38,714 bases of DNA, from assembly GCA_964539375.1 (NCBI GenBank), contig CAZIIE010000003.1:1-38714 (forward strand). Reading direction: 5' to 3'. Numbering within the stretch: position 1 is the first letter of the stretch; the number at the start of each line of letters is the position of its first letter. Origin of the DNA: an uncultured Nitrospirota bacterium. GTDB taxonomy: Bacteria > Nitrospirota > Thermodesulfovibrionia > Thermodesulfovibrionales > JdFR-85. This document shows positions 10,186 to 19,367 of the stretch, piece by piece. The translations under genes and the position numbers were made by a program. The notes beneath the pieces are model-generated. The model saw nothing but the letters and a program-made list of their open reading frames with translations, did no database searches and had not been told where the DNA came from.

Positions 10186-11052
10186 CTACTCCTTTATCGC
10201 CTCGGCACCGCCAACTATGTCCATAAGTTCCTTTGTAATTGAGGCCTGGCGTGCCTTGTTAAACTCAAGGGTAAGACGGTCAATCATATCCTCAGCATTC
10301 TTGGTTGCGTTTTCCATAGCCGTCATACGGGCTGCCTCTTCTGAGGCTGCAGACTCTATAAGTGCTCTAAAGACCAGAATCTCTATGCTTTTAGGAAGAA
10401 GGATATTAAATATCTCTTCCTCAGAAGGCTCTATAAGAAAGTCCTTAAAGGCCTCCTTTTCCTCCTGCTCTATCTCTGCAATTGGAAGCAGTTTCTTTTC
10501 CACAATGTTCTGGGCTACCACAGACTTGAACTCATTGTAAACTAAATATAGCTCATCAAAGGTCTCGTTTATGTAACCATCCATCAACTCCCTGGCTACC
10601 TCCTGGGCTGCTGAGTAAGAAACCTTACCAGATAGGCCTGTCCAGTTTTTCCGCATCTTGACATCTCTGTATTTGAAGTAGTCCCGTGCCTTTTTCCCGA
10701 TGGTGCTTAAAGTGACATCCAATCCCTCTTCTTTTAGTCTGCTGATGAGTTTTACACCTGCTTTAAGAACATTGGCATTAAAGGCACCGCAGAGACCCTT
10801 ATCAGAGGTTATGATTAAGACCTCAACGGTCCTTCTTGGCCTTACCTTCAGAAGGGGATGGACATCCTGCTCACCTGGCTGGGCAAGGCTGTGAAGGAGT
10901 TCATCTATTTTGTCTGCATAGGGCCTCAGGGCAAACATCCTCTCCTGGGCCTTCCTCAGCTTTGCTGCTGAGACCATCTTCATTGCACGGGTTATCTTGG
11001 CCGTGCTTTTAATTGAGTTGATACGCCTTTTGATATCCCTTAAAGTTGCCAT
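10186..11052 (-). CDS. atpG: F1 ATP synthase gamma subunit
   Basis: 288 aa. N-terminus MATLRDIKRRINSIKSTAKITRAMKMVSAAKLRKAQ and C-terminus ITKELMDIVGGAEA are hallmark gamma sequences. Confidence 0.95.
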   Translation of the reverse strand: MATLRDIKRRINSIKSTAKITRAMKMVSAAKLRKAQERMFALRPYADKIDELLHSLAQPGEQDVHPLLKVRPRRTVEVLIITSDKGLCGAFNANVLKAGVKLISRLKEEGLDVTLSTIGKKARDYFKYRDVKMRKNWTGLSGKVSYSAAQEVARELMDGYINETFDELYLVYNEFKSVVAQNIVEKKLLPIAEIEQEEKEAFKDFLIEPSEEEIFNILLPKSIEILVFRALIESAASEEAARMTAMENATKNAEDMIDRLTLEFNKARQASITKELMDIVGGAEAIKE

Positions 11053-11069
11053 AGTTTAAATTCTCCGTT

Positions 11070-12578
11070 TTATGCCTGAAAGGTGGATTTAAAAGCTCCT
11101 ATTGCCTCGCTGAGCTTGTTCTTCAGGTCTTCATCAAGGGCCTTTTTCTCAATTATTTCCTTTAAGATATCGGCCTTCTGGCTCTTCATGAAGCTTAAAA
11201 GCCCCTGTTCAAAGGCCTTGATAGATTCAACTGGTATGTCATCAAGAAAGCCCTGGGTGCCAGCAAAAAGAACCACTATCTGGTCTTCAAGGGGCATTGG
11301 CTGATACTGGTCCTGCTTTAGCAGTTCCACCATCCTTTTGCCTCGCTCAATCTGGGCAAGGGTTGCTTTGTCAAGGTCTGAACCAAACTGAGCAAAGGCA
11401 GCCAGCTCTCTGAACTGAGCAAGGTCAAGCCTCAGTGTTCCCGCAACCTGTTTCATTGCCTTTGTCTGGGCTGCACCACCAACTCGGCTGACCGAAAGAC
11501 CGACATTAACAGCTGGCCTGACACCAGCGTAAAACAGGTCGGGCTCAAGATATATCTGACCATCGGTAATTGATATGACATTAGTGGGAATATAGGCTGA
11601 GACGTCACCTGCCTGGGTTTCAATAATTGGTAGGGCTGTCAGTGAACCGCCGCCAAGTTCTGCAGACATCTTTGCTGCCCTTTCAAGCAAGCGGGAATGG
11701 AGATAGAAGACATCACCAGGGTAGGCCTCACGACCTGGTGGACGTCTCAAAAGCAGCGAAAGCTGTCTGTATGCAGCTGCCTGCTTGCTGAGGTCATCAT
11801 ATATGATTAATGCATGCTTTCCATTGTCTCTGAAATACTCTCCCATCGCACAGCCAGCATAGGGAGCTATGTACTGAAGTGGGGCTGGCTCAGAAGCTGT
11901 GGCAACCACCACGGTGGTGTATTCCATTGCTCCATGCTCTTCAAGGGTCTGGACAACCCTTGCCACAGCAGCCCTTTTCTGGCCGACGGCAACATAGATA
12001 CAGTAAACATCAGTGTCCTTCTGATTAATTATTGCATCTATTGCAATGGCGGTTTTACCTGTCTGGCGGTCACCAATTATAAGCTCACGCTGTCCCCTTC
12101 CAATCGGGATCATTGCATCTATTGCCTTGATACCTGTCTGAAGTGGCTCACTGACAGGCTGACGGTCAACTATACCAGGGGCTACGATGTCAACCTTTCT
12201 TGTCTCCTTTGCCTCAATCGGCCCCTTACCATCTATGGGCTGACCTATTGCGTTGACAACCCTACCAAGAAGTGCCTCACCTACTGGCACCTCCATAATC
12301 CTGCCGGTGCGTTTTACTATATCACCCTCTTTAATAAGGGTGTCTTCACCAAACAGAACTGCACCAACCACATCCTCTTCAAGGTTCAGTGCCATGCCAA
12401 AGACACCGTTTGGAAACTCAAGCAGCTCACTTGCCATGGCATTTTCAAGTCCGTAGACCCTTGCAATACCATCACCAACAGAGAGGACAGTGCCAATCTC
12501 ACTTACATCAACCTTTTTTTCAAAATCGGTAATCTGCTTTCTGATTAATTCACTTATTTCGTCTACCTTGATTTCCAT
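11070..12578 (-). CDS. atpA: F1 ATP synthase alpha subunit
   Basis: 502 aa, Walker A GDRQTGKT, conserved alpha-subunit sequence. Confidence 0.97.
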   Translation of the reverse strand: MEIKVDEISELIRKQITDFEKKVDVSEIGTVLSVGDGIARVYGLENAMASELLEFPNGVFGMALNLEEDVVGAVLFGEDTLIKEGDIVKRTGRIMEVPVGEALLGRVVNAIGQPIDGKGPIEAKETRKVDIVAPGIVDRQPVSEPLQTGIKAIDAMIPIGRGQRELIIGDRQTGKTAIAIDAIINQKDTDVYCIYVAVGQKRAAVARVVQTLEEHGAMEYTTVVVATASEPAPLQYIAPYAGCAMGEYFRDNGKHALIIYDDLSKQAAAYRQLSLLLRRPPGREAYPGDVFYLHSRLLERAAKMSAELGGGSLTALPIIETQAGDVSAYIPTNVISITDGQIYLEPDLFYAGVRPAVNVGLSVSRVGGAAQTKAMKQVAGTLRLDLAQFRELAAFAQFGSDLDKATLAQIERGKRMVELLKQDQYQPMPLEDQIVVLFAGTQGFLDDIPVESIKAFEQGLLSFMKSQKADILKEIIEKKALDEDLKNKLSEAIGAFKSTFQA

Positions 12579-12610
12579 CTCATCACCCCTTTTTATTAAT
12601 CATTTAAAGA

Positions 12611-13153
12611 TTATTTGCTTAGCTGTTCTCTGAGCATGTTGAGCTGACCGCGGAGACTTGAGTCATACATGGTGCTACCGACCTTTACCACCACTCCGCC
12701 AAGAAGCTCCGGGTCATAGATATATTCAAGCTCTACCTCACGGTTTGTCATCCTTTTAAGGGCATCTAAGAGACGGCCCTCTATAGCGCCATTGAACTTA
12801 ACAGGTGTAATAACCGTTGCCCTTGTCTTTTTCTGACTTTCATAGTAAAGGTTGGTGTAATGCCTCAGAATGTCCCTCAATGCATCAATGCCCTTTACTT
12901 TTGACAGATAGATTATGAACTTTTTGAGATCCTCCGAAAGGGACAGTTTTTCAGAGACCGCCTCTAAAGCCTTCAGTCTTTCGTCTTCAGCTATTAGGGG
13001 AGAGTAGAAAAAGTTTTTTATCTCCTTGTTTTCATCTATCATATCAGCAAGGGCTGTGAGGATTGATATGGTCTCTTCAGCCCTTTCAGGGCCGGTCAGG
13101 TTAAAAAGCATCCTTGCATAACGCTTTGCTGATTTTTTTGCACCCTTTGCCAT
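12611..13153 (-). CDS. atpH: F1 ATP synthase delta (OSCP) subunit
   Basis: 180 aa, sits between b and alpha, C-terminal LLGGVVVKVG...DSSLRGQL motif. Confidence 0.85.
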   Translation of the reverse strand: MAKGAKKSAKRYARMLFNLTGPERAEETISILTALADMIDENKEIKNFFYSPLIAEDERLKALEAVSEKLSLSEDLKKFIIYLSKVKGIDALRDILRHYTNLYYESQKKTRATVITPVKFNGAIEGRLLDALKRMTNREVELEYIYDPELLGGVVVKVGSTMYDSSLRGQLNMLREQLSK

Positions 13154-13154
13154 G

Positions 13155-13760
13155 TTACTCCTCTAATTTCTTTATAGATTCCTCAAGGAGCCTTAACTGT
13201 TCTTCTTCGGTAAGCTTCTCCTTGAGTTTTTTCTCTGCAAGTTTTACTGCAAGCTCTGCTGCCTCTGCCCTGAGCTTTGCCTTTGCATTCTTAAGCTCCA
13301 TCTCTATATTACTCTTTGCCTGCTCCTTTATCTTTTCAGACATCTCCTCGCCCTTTTTGATTAATTCATCCCTGTCAGCCACACCTGAGGCCCTGGCAGC
13401 CTCAATTATCCTGTCTATCTCCTCATCCTTGAGCTTTATCTTTTCTCTAACCTCCTCTAATGCCTTCTGAGCAAGCTCTTTTGCCTCTCTTGCCTCGTTT
13501 AAGGACTGCTCTATGACCTCGGTTCTCTTCTTGAAATATTCCCTCATGGGTTTTCCAAGAAACTTAACCAGTATTACTACAAGAATAGCGAAATTTATAA
13601 TCTTCCATAACCATTCCTTCCAGTCTGTACCATGATGCTCAGCAGCTGCCTCTTCAGCGTTTGCCCACACAACAGGTGCGATGAGTAAAAGAAGCACTGC
13701 ACAGAGGGAAAGGGTTTCTGCTAAGACCTTAAGACGGATTTTTAAATTTTTATCTATCAT
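13155..13760 (-). CDS. atpF: Fo ATP synthase subunit b, with an N-terminal signal-peptide-like extension
   Basis: 201 aa. An extra hydrophobic segment LSLCAVLLLLIAPVVWA/NAEE precedes the canonical TM (IINFAILVVILVKFL) and a long charged coiled coil. Confidence 0.8.
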   Translation of the reverse strand: MIDKNLKIRLKVLAETLSLCAVLLLLIAPVVWANAEEAAAEHHGTDWKEWLWKIINFAILVVILVKFLGKPMREYFKKRTEVIEQSLNEAREAKELAQKALEEVREKIKLKDEEIDRIIEAARASGVADRDELIKKGEEMSEKIKEQAKSNIEMELKNAKAKLRAEAAELAVKLAEKKLKEKLTEEEQLRLLEESIKKLEE

Positions 13761-13765
13761 GTCTT

Positions 13766-14185
13766 CTATACCCCTACAAGTTTTTTTACTATCTCTTCAG
13801 AGAAGTTTCTTACAACCTCACCGAGTTCTTTTCTTGCCCTTTCTGTCTCAGCCTTTATAATCTCCTGAGCCTTTTCTATCTCTTTAACCGCCTCTTCCTG
13901 AGCCTTTGTGATCAGCTCTTTCTGTTTTTTGAGTCCTTCCTCTCTTAAGTTATTATAGGTTTGGCGTGCCTGCTCTCTTGCCTCTCTTAGAGCCTTCTGA
14001 TATTCAGCCAGGGCTCTGTCTTTTTCTTCATTAATCCTTTTAGCCTCTTCAAGGGCACCTTCAGTGTTTTCCTTTCTCTTGTCAAATATTTCAAGTAAAG
14101 GTTTGAAAACAAGGATGTTGAGGATTACAATAAGTACAAGAAAATTAATAAGAAGCACAAAAAACCATTTGTTGATTTCTATCAT
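13766..14185 (-). CDS. Fo ATP synthase subunit b' (second b-type stalk subunit)
   Basis: 139 aa, one N-terminal TM (FFVLLINFLVLIVILNILVFKPL) plus a charged coiled coil. First gene of the cluster. Confidence 0.75.
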   Translation of the reverse strand: MIEINKWFFVLLINFLVLIVILNILVFKPLLEIFDKRKENTEGALEEAKRINEEKDRALAEYQKALREAREQARQTYNNLREEGLKKQKELITKAQEEAVKEIEKAQEIIKAETERARKELGEVVRNFSEEIVKKLVGV

Positions 14186-14293
14186 TACCCCACTCCAAAG
14201 AAGGAATTTTTTAAAAAGTGTTGAACTTTATCACAGTTATAAATTTTTTGTCAAGAATTTGGAGAATAAATTTTTTTATAGTTTTAAAAGTTT

Positions 14294-14322
14294 TTTAAAT
14301 TTGGTAGATTATGTGGTATAAT
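14294..14322 (+). promoter_or_regulatory. Extended -10 promoter (TGGTATAAT) for the 14439 operon
   Basis: TG at 14314-14315, TATAAT at 14317-14322, weak -35 TTTAAA 17 nt upstream. About 110-nt leader ending in an AAAGGAGG SD. Confidence 0.45.
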
Positions 14323-14438
14323 CATGCTTATAGGAGAGGTGCTTTTAACAGGGCCTTTTTGTATTTGATGGCTTATTATGGCAGTGCTGGGGTTTTCAGA
14401 CAGCCTCAAAAAATTCTTAAACTAAAGGAGGAGCTTTT

Positions 14439-14870
14439 ATGGGATTTCTTGACAAACTTAAAAGGGACATTAAAAAGGGGATTGACGAGGGTCTTGAGGC
14501 CCTAAAGGAAAGCACCGAGGTTCTTAAATCAAGGGCTGAACATGTTACTGAGGATTTAAAGAGCAAGGTGAAGGTCTTTGAGTTGAAGCAGAAGATACAG
14601 GCTCAGCTTACAGAGCTTGGTGGGCTGGTCTATGAGATTAGCGGTGACAAGAGGAAAAATCCGATGAGGGATGAGAAGGTTCAGAAGGTGCTTCAGAGGA
14701 TAAACAGGATGCAGGAACAGGTGGATAAGCTTGAAGGTAAGATAAAGGAGGCTGTAAAGAAGGCCAAGAAATCCCCCAGAAAGACCGCTTCAAAGGCAAA
14801 GAAGAAAACAGCTACAAAGGCTTCAAAGGGTGTGGCTAAAAAGAAGTCGGCAGCTTCAAAGGGAAAATAG
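14439..14870 (+). CDS. Coiled-coil protein with a histone-H1/AlgP-like Lys/Ala-rich C-terminal tail, 143 aa
   Basis: Strong SD. Helical N-terminal 100 aa. C-terminus KKAKKSPRKTASKAKKKTATKASKGVAKKKSAASKGK. Confidence 0.6.
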   Translation: MGFLDKLKRDIKKGIDEGLEALKESTEVLKSRAEHVTEDLKSKVKVFELKQKIQAQLTELGGLVYEISGDKRKNPMRDEKVQKVLQRINRMQEQVDKLEGKIKEAVKKAKKSPRKTASKAKKKTATKASKGVAKKKSAASKGK

Positions 14871-14873
14871 AAA

Positions 14874-15110
14874 ATGAAAAAGATAACCCTTTATTCTTCA
14901 CCAACCTGACCTGACTGCCAGGCCTGTAAGGCCTATCTGAAAGAGAGGAGTATAGCCTTTGTTAATAAGGACATATCTACCGATGCCCAGGCAAGGAAAG
15001 AACTTGAGACAAAATATGGAAGGCTTGCAACTCCAACAATTGTGATAGATGAGAAGGTCTTTGTGGGATTTAAGGAAAACCTTAAGGAAATAGAGAGACT
15101 TATTGGTTAG
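14874..15110 (+). CDS. Glutaredoxin-like (YruB/NrdH-like) selenoprotein, 78 aa, in-frame TGA at 14907-14909 (U-P-D-C redox motif)
   Basis: Hand translation gives MKKITLYSSPT-U-PDCQACKAYLKERSIAFVNKDISTDAQARKELETKYGRLATPTIVIDEKVFVGFKENLKEIERLIG*. This is a classic small Grx fold pattern (TLYS.P.CP.C..AK.YL, ATPTIVID, VGF) with TGA in place of the first Cys. ATG lies 3 nt after the upstream stop. The track shows only an antisense ORF here. Confidence 0.8.
14920..14934 (+). promoter_or_regulatory. Candidate bSECIS hairpin for the Grx-like selenoprotein
   Basis: AGGCCT-GTA-AGGCCT, 11 nt after the TGA. The apical region UGUAA contains GU. Confidence 0.35.
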
Positions 15111-15124
15111 TTTATTTTGAATAT

Positions 15125-15159
15125 AAAGAAAGCCCTGCAGGAAGCAGGGCTTTCTTTTT
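15125..15159. terminator. Bidirectional intrinsic terminator between the Grx-like gene and the ferredoxin gene
   Basis: 14-bp stem AAAGAAAGCCCTGC-aggaa-GCAGGGCTTTCTTT, followed by TTT on the plus strand and by a T-rich run on the minus strand. Confidence 0.65.
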
Positions 15160-15163
15160 CTCC

Positions 15164-15367
<204 letters not shown>

Positions 15368-15459
15368 CTATAATCCCCCCTCTAAAGAGGAGGTGGTAAA
15401 AGTAATCAATATTTATCTTATCTGAGATTTAATTATATAATAAATTCTGTAAAAGGTAA

Positions 15460-15482
15460 ATACCATGATATAAATCAGGTAT
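15460..15482 (+). promoter_or_regulatory. Imperfect palindrome ATACCATGAT-ataa-ATCAGGTAT overlapping an extended -10 (TGATATAAA) upstream of copA; candidate metalloregulator operator
   Basis: ATACC...GGTAT arms. TG at 15466-15467 and TATAAA at 15469-15474. 58 nt upstream of the copA ATG. Confidence 0.3.
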
Positions 15483-15539
15483 CCCCTTTTCACAATAATT
15501 TCATAATCTTCTGTAATAATATCATCAAAGGAGTTTGCT

Positions 15540-17939
15540 ATGACGATAACCATACCCATAAAGGGCATGACCTGTGCCGCCTGTGTCAAGGCTGTTGAAA
15601 GGGCTATTGCAGGGCTTTCAGGTGTAAGAGAGGTCAATGTAAACTTTGCCTCTGAAAAGGCAAGGATTGAGGCTGAAGAGGATATTGACCTCAGGGAGAT
15701 AATAAGGGCAGTGAAAGAAGAGGGCTACGATGTGGTTTCAGTTAAGAGTGATTATCGTGTAAAGGGCATGACCTGTGCTGCCTGTGTTGGAGCTGTAGAG
15801 AGGGCTCTTTCAAGATTAAAGGGGGTGCTTGGTGTAAATGTGAATCTGGCAACTGAGAAGGCCACCATTGAGTACATACCTACCGTTGTAAGTTTTGAGG
15901 ATTTTAAGAAGGCAGTAAAGGATGAGGGCTATGAGCTTGAGGTGATTACAGAGGAGTTTGTAGACCGTGAAAAAAGACAGAGGGAGATGGAGCTTTCTGA
16001 CCTGAAGAGGAGATTTTTAGTAAGTGCCCTGCTTTCCTGTCTTGTACTTACTGGAAGTCTTTTTAAGGTTCCCCTTCTGTCAAACTGGTATGTGCTTTTG
16101 CTCCTTGCAAGTCCAGTTCAGTTCTGGGCAGGAATGAGGTTTCATAAAGCAGCCCTTTCTGCTCTGAAGCACGGCTCTACCAATATGAACACACTGATTA
16201 CGGTGGGAACTTTTTCAGCCTATCTATACAGCCTGATGGTTACCCTTTTCCCAGGTTTTTTTGAAACAAAGGGACTAAGTGCCCATGTTTATTATGATAC
16301 TGCGGCGGTTATAATCACCCTGATACTTTTTGGCAGGCTACTTGAGGCAAGGGCAAAGGGGAGAACCTCTGAGGCAATGAGGAGGCTTATCGGGCTTCAG
16401 GCAAAGACCGCCAAGGTTGAGAGGGAAGGTGAGGAGATAGAGGTGCCCATTGAAGAGGTTGTGGCTGGCGATGTGGTGGTTGTGAGACCTGGAGAGAGGA
16501 TACCAGTGGATGGTATTGTTATTGAAGGGTTTTCTTCGGTTGATGAGTCAATGCTTACTGGAGAGAGCGTGCCTGTTGAAAAGCGTACAGGGGAGCAGGT
16601 TTACGGAGGCACGGTTAATAAAGAGGGAAGCCTCAGGATAAGGGCAACAAAGATTGGCAAAGATACAGCCCTTGCACAGATTATAAGGCTCGTAGAGGAG
16701 GCCCAGGGTAGCAAAGCACCCATTCAGAGGCTTGCTGACAGGGTGGCCTCGGTTTTTGTGCCTGTTGTTATCGGAATAGCAATAGTTACGTTTTTCCTCT
16801 GGTATCTATTCGGTCCAGAACCTGCCTTTACCAGGGCATTGATGAACTTTATTGCAGTGCTGATAATTGCCTGTCCCTGCGCCCTTGGTCTTGCAACTCC
16901 CACTGCCCTTATGGTTGGCACTGGTAAGGGGGCTGAAAGGGGAATATTGATAAGGGATGCTGAGGCACTTGAGCTTGCACACAGGATAGATGTGGTGGTG
17001 ATGGACAAGACCGGTACAATCACCAAGGGCTCACCAGAGGTGGTTGATGTTATACCACTGAAGGGCACAAGGGAGGACTGTCTGAGGATTGCTGCCTCTG
17101 CAGAGGCATCCTCTGAACATCCTCTGGCAAAGGCTGTGGTTGAAAGGGCAACTAATGAGGGCCTTCCCCTGGAAAGGCCAGAGGATTTCAGGGCAATACC
17201 TGGTGGAGGGCTGAAGGCTAAGGTTGACAGCATGGAGGTAGTCATAGGCAATAGGGAGTTAATAAAGGCTGAGGGTATTGACACATCAGGGGTGGAGGAT
17301 ATTGTTAAGAGGGAGAGCTTAGAAGGTAAAACCCCTGTGCTTGTGGCTATAAAAGGAGATATATCAGGGGTAATAACCATTGCAGATACAATAAAGGATA
17401 GCTCGGTAAGGGCTATCAGAGAGTTGAAGGCTCTCGGCATTGAGGTTGTTATGCTTACAGGGGATAATGAATCTGTGGCTCAAAGCATAGCCAGGCAGGT
17501 TGGTATTGAGAGATTCTTTGCAGGAGTACTTCCAGAGGGTAAGGTCAATGTTATAAGGGAGCTTAAGAAGGAGGGAAAGGTGGTTGCCATGGTTGGAGAT
17601 GGGATAAATGATGCACCAGCCCTTACCGAGGCTGATGTGGGTATTGCCATTGGCACGGGCACAGATATAGCAATGGAGGCCTCTGACATAACCCTTATCA
17701 AGGGTGACCTTACAAGCGTGGTTGAGGCCATCAGGCTTAGCAAACTCACCATCAGGACAATAAAGCAGAACCTTTTCTGGGCATTCTTTTATAACTCAAT
17801 CGGCATACCTGTTGCTGCCGGGCTTCTTTACCTTTTCGGTGGCCCCCTTTTAAACCCCATGTTTGCCTCAGCAGCCATGGCATTCAGCTCAGTCTCGGTG
17901 GTTAGTAACTCCCTGAGACTGAGGAAGAAAAGGTTATAG
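15540..17939 (+). CDS. copA: Copper-translocating P1B-type ATPase with two N-terminal HMA domains
   Basis: Two GMTCAACV metal-binding motifs, TGES, CPC ([13 protein letters not shown]), [13 protein letters not shown]. 799 aa. Confidence 0.95.
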   Translation: MTITIPIKGMTCAACVKAVERAIAGLSGVREVNVNFASEKARIEAEEDIDLREIIRAVKEEGYDVVSVKSDYRVKGMTCAACVGAVERALSRLKGVLGVNVNLATEKATIEYIPTVVSFEDFKKAVKDEGYELEVITEEFVDREKRQREMELSDLKRRFLVSALLSCLVLTGSLFKVPLLSNWYVLLLLASPVQFWAGMRFHKAALSALKHGSTNMNTLITVGTFSAYLYSLMVTLFPGFFETKGLSAHVYYDTAAVIITLILFGRLLEARAKGRTSEAMRRLIGLQAKTAKVEREGEEIEVPIEEVVAGDVVVVRPGERIPVDGIVIEGFSSVDESMLTGESVPVEKRTGEQVYGGTVNKEGSLRIRATKIGKDTALAQIIRLVEEAQGSKAPIQRLADRVASVFVPVVIGIAIVTFFLWYLFGPEPAFTRALMNFIAVLIIACPCALGLATPTALMVGTGKGAERGILIRDAEALELAHRIDVVVMDKTGTITKGSPEVVDVIPLKGTREDCLRIAASAEASSEHPLAKAVVERATNEGLPLERPEDFRAIPGGGLKAKVDSMEVVIGNRELIKAEGIDTSGVEDIVKRESLEGKTPVLVAIKGDISGVITIADTIKDSSVRAIRELKALGIEVVMLTGDNESVAQSIARQVGIERFFAGVLPEGKVNVIRELKKEGKVVAMVGDGINDAPALTEADVGIAIGTGTDIAMEASDITLIKGDLTSVVEAIRLSKLTIRTIKQNLFWAFFYNSIGIPVAAGLLYLFGGPLLNPMFASAAMAFSSVSVVSNSLRLRKKRL

Positions 17940-17962
17940 GAAGCATTTACACTAACGAATCA

Positions 17963-17971
17963 TGGTATAAT
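17963..17971 (+). promoter_or_regulatory. Extended -10 element TGGTATAAT upstream of the 18025-hisH pair
   Basis: Exact TGGTATAAT, 54 nt upstream of ATG 18025. Same nonamer as at 14314-14322. Confidence 0.35.
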
Positions 17972-18024
17972 AAATGACCACTGGCTTTTAAAGCTCAAAA
18001 GAAATATAAAAAGGAGGAAAAGGT

Positions 18025-18339
18025 ATGATAACCACAAAGAATTATAAAGTAACAAAGGCTCCCACCTGTCCTCACTGTGGTGTGAAGATGACAAAGATTG
18101 AGCCACCACCCTACAACATTGGCGATGGCCTTGGATGGGGGGTTAAGTATCTCTGGATATGCTTCAATGATGAATGTTCCCTATTTGTGAACGGCTGGGA
18201 GATGATGAGGGAAAACTATGGTAAAACAGCATCGTACAGGCACATCTGCTTTCCCGACAATGGCGAAACAGGGGCTATCTGTGTGCTTTCCTATGACGGG
18301 CTAAAGGGGCAGATCATTGAGGAGGACGAAGAGGATTGA
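18025..18339 (+). CDS. Hypothetical Cys4 zinc-ribbon-like protein, 104 aa, translationally coupled to hisH
   Basis: AAGGAGGA SD. CPHC...CFNDEC cysteines. Acidic tail. Its stop TGA (18337-18339) overlaps the hisH TTG start at 18336. Confidence 0.55.
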   Translation: MITTKNYKVTKAPTCPHCGVKMTKIEPPPYNIGDGLGWGVKYLWICFNDECSLFVNGWEMMRENYGKTASYRHICFPDNGETGAICVLSYDGLKGQIIEEDEED

Positions 18340-18947
18340 TAGCCATTGTTGATTACGGTATGGGAAACCTCAAGAGCGTTGAAAAGGGATTTCACAAGGT
18401 TTCCTGTCAGGCCCTGGTTACTTCAGACCCAAAGGTTATTGATTCAGCCTCTGGTATTGTAGTTCCAGGGGTTGGTGCCTTCAGAGATTGCATAGGCCAT
18501 CTAAAAGAGCTTGGTCTGGTGGATGTAATCTACAGGAGCATTGAAAAGGGAAAACCCTATCTCGGTATCTGCCTTGGCCTTCAGCTTCTGTTTACCCAGT
18601 CAGAGGAGTTTGGCCTTTATGAGGGACTTGATATTGTAAAGGGCAGGGTAAAGAGGTTTCCTGACATGGGGCTAAAGATTCCCCACATGGGCTGGAACAG
18701 GGTTCACCTTGTTAAAACTCCGCCTGTGTTTGAAGGAATTGAAAACGACAGCTATTTTTATTTCGTTCACTCCTATTATGTTGAGCCTGAAGACAAAGCC
18801 TTGGTAGCCGCCACCACCGATTATGGCATAGAGTTTACATCAATGCTCTGGAAGGACAATATAATAGCCATGCAGTTTCATCCTGAAAAGAGCCAGAGAC
18901 TTGGCTTGAAGGTGCTTGAAAACTTTGGAAGGCTGTGTAAAGGGTAA
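18336..18947 (+). CDS. hisH: Imidazole glycerol phosphate synthase, glutamine amidotransferase subunit HisH
   Basis: IAIVDYGMGNLKSV, PGVGAF, GICLGLQLL (catalytic Cys), HSYY, FHPEKS. 203 aa. Confidence 0.9.
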   Translation: MIAIVDYGMGNLKSVEKGFHKVSCQALVTSDPKVIDSASGIVVPGVGAFRDCIGHLKELGLVDVIYRSIEKGKPYLGICLGLQLLFTQSEEFGLYEGLDIVKGRVKRFPDMGLKIPHMGWNRVHLVKTPPVFEGIENDSYFYFVHSYYVEPEDKALVAATTDYGIEFTSMLWKDNIIAMQFHPEKSQRLGLKVLENFGRLCKG

Positions 18948-18956
18948 GGTGTAGGT

Positions 18957-19367
18957 TTACAGCTCTTCCCTTTCCATCTCCTGTATCTTCTCAATGTTTT
19001 CAAGACAGTCTACACAATAAATGGCAAAGGGGATTATCTTGAGCCTCTCTTCAGGAATCTCTGTGCCACACTCCTCACAGATACCGTAGGTGCCGTCTTC
19101 AAGTTTTCTCAGTGCCTCATCAATTTTATTAAGGGTATCTTTATGAGAGGTTAGTTTTTTAAGGTTGAGGTCTTCGTTAAGGTCAACCACAGACCAGTCG
19201 CCATCATCAAGGGCAGTTTCTACAATCTGCTTGTTTTCTCCCCTGATGAACTTGCCGATTTCTTCTTTTGCCTCATCAAGGATTTCCTGTTTTTTTTCAA
19301 GAAGCAGTTTCCTGAGCCGTTCTTTTCGCTCCTGGGCTTCATCTCTTTTTTTACTTTTCCTGGCCAT
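18957..19367 (-). CDS. DksA/TraR-family C4 zinc-finger regulator
   Basis: Coiled-coil N-terminus and CEECGTEIPEERL...YCVDC finger. Start set at ATG 19367 (MARKSKK). The track start at 19415 is a TTG extension that would overlap the small ORF below. Confidence 0.75.
   Translation of the reverse strand: MARKSKKRDEAQERKERLRKLLLEKKQEILDEAKEEIGKFIRGENKQIVETALDDGDWSVVDLNEDLNLKKLTSHKDTLNKIDEALRKLEDGTYGICEECGTEIPEERLKIIPFAIYCVDCLENIEKIQEMEREEL

Noticed and set aside
11814-12548. 244-aa plus-strand ORF. Similar long shadow ORFs occur at 16724..17440, 7064..7570, 8814..9326, 9523..9993, 27614..27979 and 32858..33316.
   Set aside because: All lie antisense or out of frame within strongly conserved genes (atpA, copA, the LysR gene, atpD, tsaC, cysS). 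Their sequences are Cys/Ser/Leu-rich junk typical of shadow frames.
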